A DNA stretch of 64,000 bases, from positions 1-64,000 of the forward strand of contig CBFDEM010000008.1 of the NCBI GenBank assembly GCA_965603825.1, read 5' to 3'. Positions 1-10,312 of the stretch are shown here, piece by piece (the first letter of the stretch is position 1; every line of letters starts with the position of its first letter). The notes under the pieces were generated by a model. It saw nothing but the letters and a program-made list of their open reading frames with translations, did no database searches and was not told the origin of the DNA. The position numbers were made by a program, and so were the translations under genes. Origin of the DNA: Blepharisma stoltei ATCC 30299. Taxonomy: Eukaryota; Protista; Ciliophora.

Positions 1-2159
1 CTAACACCCTAACACCCTAACACCACCCTAACACCCTAACACCCTAACACCCTAACACCCTAACACCCTAACACCCTAACACCCTAACACCCTAACACCC
101 TAACACCCTAACACCCTAACACCCTAACACCCTAACACCCTAACACCCTAACACCCTAACACCCTAACACCCTAACACCCTAACACCCTAACACCCTAAC
201 ACCCTAACACCCTAACACCCTAACACCCTAACACCCTAACACCCTAACACCCTAACACCCTAACACCCTAACACCCTAACACCCTAACACCCTAACACCC
301 TAACACCCTAACACCCTAACACCCTAACACCCTAACCACACCCTAACACCCTAACACCCTAACACCCTAACACCCTAACACCCTAACACCCTAACACCCT
401 AACACCCTAACACCCTAACACCCTAACACCCTAACACCCTAACACCCTAACACCCTAACACCCTAACACCCTAACACCCTAACCCTAACACCCTAACACC
501 CTAACACCCTAACACCCTAACACCCTAACACCCTAACACACCCTAACACCCTAACACCCTAACACCCTAACACCCTAACACCCTAACACCCTAACACCCT
601 AACACCCTAACACCCTAACACCCTAACACCCTAACACCCTAACACCCTAACACCCTAACACCCTAACACCCTAACACCCTAACACCCTAACACCCTAACA
701 CCCTAACACCCTAACACCCTAACACCCTAACACCCTAACACCCTAACACCCTAACACCCTAACACCCTAACACCCTAACACCCTAACACCCTAACACCCT
801 AACACCCTAACACCCTAACACCTACACCTAACACCCTAACACCCTAACACCCTAACACCCTAACACCCTAACACCCTAACACCCTAACACCCTAACACCC
901 TAACACCCTAACACCCTAACACCCTAACACCCTAACACCCTAACACCCTAACACCCTAACACCCTAACACCTAACACCCTAACACCCTAACACCCTAACA
1001 CCCTAACACCCTAACACCTAACACCCTAACACCCTAACACCCTAACACCCTAACACCCTAACACCCTAACACCCTAACACCCTAACACCCTAACACCCTA
1101 ACACCCTAACACCCTAACACCCTAACACCCTAACACCCTAACACCCTAACACCCTAACACCCTAACACCCTAACACCCTAACACCCTAACACCCTAACAC
1201 CCTAACACCCTAACACCCTAACACCCTAACACCCTAACACCCTAACACCCTAACACCCTAACACCCTAACACCCTAACACCCTAACACCCTAACACCCTA
1301 ACACCCTAACACCCTAACACCCTAACACCCTAACACCCTAACACCCTAACACCCTAACACCCTAACACCCTAACACCCTAACACCCTAACACCCTAACAC
1401 CCTACACCCTAACACCCTAACACCCTAACACCCTAACACCCTAACACCCTAACACCCTAACACCCTAACACCCTAACACCCTAACACCCTAACACCCTAA
1501 CACCCTAACACCCTAACACCCTAACACCCTAACACCCTAACACCCTAACACCCTAACACCCTAACACCCTAACACCCTAACACCCTAACACCCTAACACC
1601 CTAACACCCTAACACCCTAACACCCTAACACCCTAACACCCTAACACCCTAACACCCTAACACCCTAACACCCTAACACCTAACACCCTAACACCCTAAC
1701 ACCCTAACACCCTAACACCCTAACACCCTAACACCCTAACACCCTAACACCCTAACACCTAACACCCTAACACCCTAACACCCTAACACCTAACACCCTA
1801 ACACCCTAACACCCTAACACCCTAACACCCTAACACCCTAACACCCTAACACCCTAACACCCTAACACCCTAACACCCTAACACCCTAACACCCTAACAC
1901 CCTAACACCCTAACACCCTAACACCCTAACACCCTAACACCCTAACACCCTAACACCCTAACACCCTAACACCCTAACACCCTAACACCCTAACACCCTA
2001 ACACCCTAACACCCTAACACCCTAACACCCTAACACCCTAACACCCTAACACCCTAACACCCTAACACCCTAACACCCTAACACCCTAACACCCTAACAC
2101 CCTAACACCCTAACACCCTAACACCCTAACACCCTAACACCCTAACACCCTAACACCCT
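1..2159. repeat. Telomeric repeat tract (CCCTAACA)n, ~270 units, C-rich strand on +; left chromosome end
   Basis: Near-perfect 8-mer array from base 1 to CCCT at 2156-2159, with occasional variant units (CCTAACA, CCCTAA, CCCTACA). CCCTAACA is the heterotrich (Stentor/Blepharisma) telomere unit. Confidence 0.98.
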
Positions 2160-2582
2160 TACAGCGAATACAAATTAAACCAAATGGAGCTAAGGGCAAA
2201 ACTTGTCTGTGCAGTTACCATCTATTGTGGGCTTTATTATTTAATGGGATCATTAAGCACTCCAGCAAGTATCTTTTTCTTTATAGTGATTGCTATAGCA
2301 AATATTTATTTTTTAGTTTATTGGGCATATTATTTACTAAAATCTCTATTTTCTGCGATATTTAAGAAGGTAGGCAATTTAAGAACTAGAAGAAAAGTTC
2401 AAAGTCAGTCTGCAGTTAGAAGTCTAAGAAGCAGCCTTGAAGAATCAAGATTAGTATCAAGGAGTGTTAATCTGTCGATTATATCTAATGATAATCTATT
2501 GAGTGAAAGTCAAGCCCCTGTTAGCACTGCTAAAAATGATAAAGAAAACTTTGAAGAAAGCTCTAAAATTATCAGTGTTTAG
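2157..2582 (+). pseudogene. 3' fragment (last two TM helices plus tail) of a subfamily-B receptor gene, truncated by the telomere
   Basis: The frame runs from the junction as PYSEYKLNQMELRAKLVCAVTIYCGLYYLMGS. This aligns with NNPYNEPNLNQMELRAKCVCAITIYCGLYYLMGS (48181 gene) and NNPYTEHKLNQMKLRSKLVCVVTIYSGLYYLMGS (minus copy). The ATG at 2184 is an internal Met. Stop TAG 2580-2582. Confidence 0.92.
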
Positions 2583-2740
2583 AGAAATGAATTAGCTTAA
2601 TATAAAAAATTTTAAACTTTAGCTATAAAAATATATAAATAATAGTAATAAAAGGGGTTTAGTAATTAGGGTCAACAATACCCATTTTGAAATTGCATTC
2701 TAAATTATTTATAAAATTATTTGTTTATTTCATTGTAAAT

Positions 2741-2903
2741 TGCTAAAAAAGTAACGTATTCAGTCTTAATTATTAAAACCATATGCATAATATTTTTAAA
2801 ATGATAAAGAAAGTCTCGATTGAAGTACTTAATTATTAATTTTATGTAATTTTATTTATAAAAATTAAATTGAAATGTAATTTTTTCGTTTCATTGCATA
2901 ATA
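2741..2903 (+). promoter_or_regulatory. Conserved ~165-bp upstream block of receptor copies A1-A3 (also ~10150-10312 and ~17560-17724), with two CTTAATTATTAA motifs
   Basis: The block is retained before all three copies while the sequence further upstream differs. The motif lies at 2765/2828, 10174/10237 and 17585/17649. A regulatory function is inferred only. Confidence 0.4.
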
Positions 2904-5900
2904 ATGAATTACTTAATAGTCTTCCTTATTTTATTGGCAACTAAGGGTAAAGACCTCGAATGCCATCTATCTGTTTGCCCAGATATTAGAGTAATTTTAA
3001 TTTAGAAAGGGAATCACAAATGTGATCCTGGGTGCATGACTTCATGCTGCAACTTTGACTCAATGCTAAGTACTGATGGAAAAATTAACAAAGAAAATTC
3101 AGACTGCTATGAGACTTGCACAAATTTTGACGGCTGTAGCCCAGAAAAACTTGGAAATGGGATATGTGATGATTCTTGTAATACAGAAAACTGCGGATTT
3201 GATTGAGGAGATTGCACTTGTGCTCCTGGCTGTTTAGACTCTATGCTCGGAGATGGAAACTGTGATGAAGCTTGCAATAATTGAGACTGCGACCTTGATA
3301 ATCACGATTGTGGGCTTTGCGCAGATGGATGCTTTCCAATTATGCTTGGAAATGGAGTTTGCAACCCAGAATGCAATAATGAAGGTTGTTTATATGATTA
3401 CAAAGATTGTCAATGCGCAGAAAATTGCTTATGGACTGATTATGGAAACTGCAAACCCGAATGCATGGTAGCAAGCTGCAACTATGGCAATATGACTCAA
3501 TATCCAGATAATCAATGCCAAAACACCTCTTTAGCTATTTTTTCTTCTTATCAACAGATTATACGTAACAACTTTTCTTATATTGTGCATCTAGAAGACT
3601 GCTATGAAGCGTCAAACCACGAATGCACTCTCGAAAAAGCTTTTGATTTTGAAAATTGTTATCAAGAATGTTATATTTTTGAGTGCAACTATGCAAATGG
3701 AAACTGTGATTATGCCTGATACTCTTCATGATGCAAAGGCGTGCTTCTGAATTCTGAGGATTTTTGATGTATATCTTGTATAAGAGAATGGTTTGATACA
3801 CCTTATACTAACACCTGATTTGATGGTAAATGCGCGTTGGCTCCATCAGCATATACCGTTCCATCACTTTTTCCAGATAACACTTTTGTAGTTGTTTCTT
3901 TTATTGATACTTCTTCAGCGAAAATTCCTCATATTTACTTTGTATGTCCTATTGCAAACTCAGACCCTGATTCTGGAGATGGAAGCTACTACTCCCCCTT
4001 TAGATCCTTTTCCTTTGCTACAAATAGAATTTCACATAAATATTCAATTGTTTATTTATTGGAATGTGATGGATACAATTTAACGATTCCCTATAATGGG
4101 TTTTCAGCTGACTTTCTTGTATTTTATGATGCATATACTTTTGATGGAAAAATTGTAAAGTTTACCCCATTAAATAACTCAAAAATAACTTTAAGAAGAA
4201 ATCTAGATGATAGGGACAGTAATAACAATGACCCTTTTGGATTTTTATTTATAAAACCCTTGAGAATCGAAATAAGTAACATAATTTTCGATTGAAGCAA
4301 TACTGTTTCAACTTGCAATAATGAGAGGTATTGTGATTATTGCCCTTATGTGACATATAATTTAGAATTAAATATTAAATATAGTGATCAAGGCGAAATT
4401 ATTGATGATTTCCTTCCTTCAGACTGATGCAAAAGAGATGAAGCCCTGAATTTTATAGAACTTCGAAATGGCAATCTCATACTTAAAAATGTATCTTTTG
4501 TGAACTTCCGGAATGGCTTTAACTCTATTTTATATATAACAAATGACAGCAATGTCACTTTTAGTGATGTGACCTTTGATAATATAAAAGTAAGCGATAA
4601 TTATAATTCGTGAGCTATATGATGGGATGGGGCAAGTAAAGGAAATTTTAAATTTGAAAATGGAGTGGTAAGTAGGCTTAATAATGGATATGAGCTAAAT
4701 GATCCTATAAATACAAAGGGGTTTATGAATGCGACTAACATTAACTCGATTGTTTTAAGGAATATAGAATTTAGAAATAACGCAGTATTCAAAAACTATA
4801 TAGAAGGTGTGAGAGTTGCCTCACTATTTTTCATAAATTCATTGCAAGTTCTTTGAGTAGAATCTTGCAATTTTATATATAATTATTGTGACTTAGGAAT
4901 ATTTAATATCAAACAGCAATTGGACAATTGACCAATGGAAATTGATGATTCTGGGATTTTTATTTACTCGAAACAAAATCACATACATATTTTCAACTCG
5001 AATTTTTCATCAAATTATGGAATTACTGCTGGAGTTCTATATGCTTTATATGAGTTTGAAGGCCAGAATGTTGTCATTGAAAATTGCTCATTTACTTTAA
5101 ATGGGATTGAAAGTGGAGCTTTAATACACATTGAGAGCAATTATGCTGATGAAAGCTATTTAATAGATCGAAAAGTTAGTGTATCTATGTCTGATGGAAG
5201 CATTATTGAAGGAGACTACTTAGCGAAAAGAGTAAAGCTTTCAAATTTAAATTTTACAAAAAACTATTCTGGAGAAAACGGAGTAATCGAAATTTTAAAA
5301 ATGGTGAATATCGAATGAGTTAATATCAGGATAGAGTCAAATGGGCTCATTTTATCGGAGGCGATGAATGCCAACTCAATCCTATTAAAATATTATATAG
5401 ATAATCCAAATATGTATGCTAAACACAATGTCAGTAATCCTACTGATTTGAACTGTCAGTCCCTTTCAATGGTATCAGATTCTATTCATTTCACCATTGA
5501 GAAAGTAAACATTATTAATAACGTTTGCATGTACTCTTCTCCAAGTATCATTGTTTCTAATACAACCAAGAGTACAGTTAGGTCCACATCTTTTTATGAT
5601 AATAAAGGAGCAGGAAATTATGGCATTTGTTTAGCATTTCTTGGAGACTCACTTTACGAAATTATGAATTCTGAGTTTTATACAAACATTAATTATCAAT
5701 CAGGGAGTCCTGGAGTGATTAGTTGCCTCTCTAGCTTGTCAATAAAAAATTGCACATTTTCAAATAATATTGGCACTTTATATTTTGGAGGCCAAAATCT
5801 TAGCATTTTTTCTTCCAATTTTGATTCTAATAGTTCTCCTACATCAAATGGTGGCGCTATTTCTCTCTCAAGCGCCCAAGACAGCATATATAATTCGATG

Positions 5901-8900
5901 CTTTTTATTTCAAATACAACTTTTGCAAATAATTCTTGCTCTTTTAGTGGAGGTGCGATTTATATTGACAGAACCATTTATTTGGATTTGCTATTAGCTT
6001 TAAATATTGAAGACACAACTTTTTATCATAATAAAGCCATCGATGGCTCTTGCATCTATATAGATAATATCGTGGCACTTACTTTAGATTCTTCAATTAA
6101 GAATTGCTCTTTTTGAGCAAATGAAGCAAGCTTTTCAGGCACTATTTCTGCCTCTTATATATATGGAATATTGATTTTTGACACTTGCAATTTTGTTAGA
6201 AACTCAGGAGTTGATAGTTCAGGATTTAATATAGCTATAGGTGAAAATAAAGAAGAAAACCCTTCAAAATTAATTCTAAATTCCTGTATTTTCCAGTTTA
6301 ATTCTGGAAATAGAACTATTTCTATGGATGATGGCAATATAAACTCTACCTTAGAGGTTAATGATTGCTTGTTTGAATATAATATTGGCTCGATATTTAC
6401 ACTTGATAATGACTATGCAATTGTCGAAAACTCGAAAATTCAGCACAATTATTCTCCTAATTCTGGTTTATTCTCCTAATTCTGGTGGGGTTTTAAGTCT
6501 TAAAAACTTAGGAATTTTTATTTCTAAAGGTACGACTTATTTAAATTGTAGCAGTGATGTGAATGGAGGAGTTGCTTCCATAAGTCTGAAATCTCAATTT
6601 TTTTGTTTTTCATGTTTTTTTAGTTATAATTATGCTAGTTTGTCAGGAGGTGTAATTTATGCCGACTCGGATGCTCGGTTTTATATAGATGATTCCATTA
6701 TTAGCCAAAATTCATGCAAAAATAAAGGATCAGCCATATTTATGGCCAGTTCTTTAACTAATTCGTCAATAAACAACACAGAAATATTTGAAAATCATGC
6801 ATTTAGTGATGGAACGATATTTATTTTATCTTCCTTATTGTCTATATTTTCCTCAAAAGTTTATAAAAATAAAGCTGATGAAAAAAATCCAGGATTATAT
6901 ATTGAGGATTCAATTGCTATAATAACTGATACTCATTTTTATCAGCAAAGTGGAAATGAAGGATGCTTTATTTATCTGGGTTCAAGCTACCTAAAAATTA
7001 CTGGCTCAGCCTTTTATGAAGGTTTTTCTAACAATTCTGGAATAGCGATTCATGCAACTTCTAGTAGTGTGGAAATTTCTTCCTCAGCATTTTCTAATTT
7101 ATTTTCTAATAATGAAGGCGGAACAATTTATTTATATGAAGATAGCACTCTTTCTATCTATGACTCAGAGTTTTTAAATTCTGGATCATCAATTGATTCA
7201 TATTCAAGCTCAATTTTAATAGAAAGTACTCTATTTAAGAATCATTCAAATACTGCTATATATGCAAACCAAATTGAAGGTCTGCAAATATTAAGCTCAG
7301 AATTTTCAGACAATTATGGAAGCAATGGTGGAGCTGTATACTGCACCCAATGTCATATTATTTTAGTGACTTCGTCAACTTTTGCTAGCAACAATGGAAA
7401 AAATGGAGGAGCAATTTACGTTTCAAACTTATCAGATCATCCTGAAACCTCCCAAATTATTATTGCTTCTTCAAATTTTAATTCAAATGTAGCTGACAAT
7501 GGCGGAGCAGTCTGAACGAACAATATTAATTTAATAGTTTCCTCATCAATTTTTATAGAAAACAGAGCTGAGTTATTTCAATCAAAGAGCCTTAAAGAAA
7601 TATCAGACGGTCTAGGGGGTGCGATTAAAATAAGCTGTCAAGACTCAAATACTATTTGCAATTTTAATTTTTCATCCAATTCATTTATAAATAATAGTGC
7701 TACTTATAATGGCGGGGCCATTAACTGAGACGATTCAAAACCAACTATTGAAAATAATATTTTTGAAAATAACAAAGCATCATACGGCCCTGATATTGCA
7801 TCTTTTCCTATAATGATGATTTCTCTAAGTAATAATTCAAGAAATTTAGAAAGAAAAGTTGCTTCAGAAGATAGCAATCTAACATTAAATAATATTGCTT
7901 CAGGCCAGAATAATAATCCTCCTTTGGCTTTTATTTTAGTTGACGATCTTAACCAAATAGTTACAACAGATACTACAAGCCAAGCGCAGATAAATGCAGG
8001 AAATATTGATACAATTATATCTGGCACAACAATGGTTTATGCAAAAAATGGGATTTATTATTTTGATGACTATATAATTTCAGCTAAGCCAGGCTCTTCT
8101 GTATATATTGATATAGTTTCTTCAGCAATAGATATCCGAAAAATGAATACATCAAGAGAGAACCTCCCCATGTCATCGAGTTTTTCTTTTAATGTGAATT
8201 TGCGTTTATGCGAAGTAGGAGAAGCCACTGTTGGCTTAATTTGTGAAATTTGTCCAGAATATTATTATAATATTGATGTTAAAGTGTCTAAGTGTTTAGA
8301 CTGCCCGTCCTCTGCGATTTGCTATGGAAATTCTACAATGGTTCCAAAATCAGGATATTGAAGAGACAATAAGTTCACAGACAAGTTTTGGAAATGCCCT
8401 TATCCTCCTGCTTGCTTAGGATCTCCTAATATTTCAGATCTGGCTTTAACTGGTGTATGCAAAAAAGGATATGAAAATAACATGTGCCACTCGTGTGAAA
8501 ATGGATACTCAAGGTTATACACAGATGAATGCCAAGCTTGTCCTGATACAGTGAGCAATATTTTTAGATGAATCGGAATTTCTGCTTTTTTGATTTTTAT
8601 CTTAGTATTTATTTTAAAAACAACAAGAGACTCATGATATAAGCAAAAGTCTTTTTCTGCAGTTTATCTAAAAATCTTTTGGAATTATTTGCAAATCATG
8701 CTCATATTAGCAACTTATAACTTAAATTGGCCATACGAAGTAATTGAATTGTTTTACATTCAGACTTCTATCGATTATATAGGAGGACAGCTCTTTTCTT
8801 TTGATTGCTTTTTACAATTATCGAATTCTAAAAGCAAGATTTATTATCTAAAAATTTTGATCACAAGCTTGACTCCTTTCGTAATGGCATTTTTATGTAT

Positions 8901-9870
8901 GGCTATATGAATTTTAATTTATAAAATCAAATCAAAACGAATTAAAGAAATGAAAGACGATTATATTTCTACTTGCATTGTATTACTATTCTTAATGCAT
9001 CCAAGTATAATAAACACAATGTTCAGCGCTTTTAGTTGCAGAGAAATAAATTCCGGAGAGTTTTGGCTTAATGCAGACCTTGGAATTCGATGCTGAGATG
9101 AAAATCATCTATTTTATAGCTTAATACTCGCTCTGCCTACAATAATTATATGAATTATTGTAGTACCTTTACTTGCCTTTATAAATTTAATAAAATATCA
9201 GGAGCACTTAGAAGAAATATGAATGAAAAAGAGATATTCATTTCTATGCAACGGCTATAACTCAAAACATTATTATTGAGAATTCTTAATTTTATACTAC
9301 AAAGTGATATTAATCAGTTGCTCAGTATTTTTGTCAAATATCTCTGCAAATATTCAAGCGCTTACAGCAGGACTGTTTTTTGTGCTATTTCTTTATTTTC
9401 ATACCAGAAACGAACCATTTAATGAAGCATTTTTCAATAAAACAGAAACATTTTCTAGACTTGCGTCTCTAATATCAATACTTATTGGCCTTTGCTTTTT
9501 AACAAATGATTTGAGGGCTACTGCTAGTTATTTTTTAGTTGCCGTCTTTATAATTGCAAATTTATTATTTATATTTTACATCTTGATAAACTTCTTGCTA
9601 CAATTTGCTATTACAAATATATTTATGGCCATAATAAAAAGAATTTTCAGTTCCAAGGAGGAAAAATATATTATCAGCATTGCTCCTTATGATGAAAGTG
9701 GCCAATCTCAAAGCTACGAAGATGAAAAACATCATACAGGAAAACTTGCCAACACTATAGTATATTCTGGCCAGACACAAATTGAAAATATAAAGATGAT
9801 TAGAGAAGATTTAGGTAGTTCAAATGAAATTGACCCTTTTGCTTCAGAGCAAAGCATATCCGCTTTTTAA
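2904..9870 (+). pseudogene. Receptor copy A1 (SP, LNR repeats, Pmp-like beta-helix, Cys-rich stalk, ~9 TM), frameshifted by a 19-bp tandem duplication
   Basis: ATG 2904 (MNYLIVFLILLATKG signal peptide), intron 2991-3005, colinear with A2/A3. TTATTCTCCTAATTCTGGT is duplicated (6449-6467 and 6468-6486), giving TAA at 6477-6479 and a 1186-aa TM-less product. The shifted frame stays open (UGA=Trp) to TAA 9868-9870. Confidence 0.88.
2991..3005 (+). other. 15-nt spliceosomal intron GTAATTTTAATTTAG (phase 0)
   Basis: GTA..TAG with A at position 10, and the TAG is an in-frame stop. Removal restores the LNR spacing C-x5-G-x3-CD (CPDIRKGNHKCD). Confidence 0.93.
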
Positions 9871-10312
9871 TTAATTCTTATATTATTACAGTAATTAAAG
9901 GTGCATAAAAATAAGCATTTTATCTGTAATAGAATCTAATATTGAAATATAATAAATTAATTAAAATTAGTTAAATATTAAATAGCATTCGCTATTATAA
10001 AATAATTTTATTTCTTAGTAGAATTCCATTATTTGGGCTGAGGATTAAGAGAATAGAATGCAAAAAATAGTAAGAGTCAAAGAATTCACAAACTCGCCCC
10101 TTACAATATTTTAAATTATTCGTAATATTAAATAATTTTTTAATTTAATTGCTAAAAAAGTAACGTATTCAGTCTTAATTATTAAAACCATATGCATAAT
10201 ATTTTTAAAATCATAAAGAATGTCTGGATTGAAGTGCTTAATTATTAATTTCATGTAATTTTACTTATAAAAATTAAATTTAATCTTAATTGTTTAATTT
10301 CATTGCATAATA

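Noticed and set aside
2184-2582. Stand-alone 132-aa membrane protein
   Set aside because: Homology continues upstream of the ATG to the telomere junction, so it is a truncated C-terminus.
2991-3005. UAG readthrough or UAG=Gln: unspliced VILI*K aligns gap-free with VTSKQQ of the inverted copy
   Set aside because: The inverted copy has its own 15-nt GTA..CAG intron at that site, and splicing restores the C-x5-G spacing of the other LNR repeats. TAG also ends a gene (2580-2582).
6449-6486. Unexcised TA-bounded IES as the cause of the A1 frameshift
   Set aside because: The extra DNA is an exact tandem copy of adjacent coding sequence and only 19 bp. Slippage is the simpler explanation.
5364-7515. 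Bacterial Pmp autotransporter, contamination or recent horizontal transfer
   Set aside because: No beta-barrel domain. The genes have spliceosomal introns, UGA=Trp, eukaryotic Cys-rich modules and a telomere.
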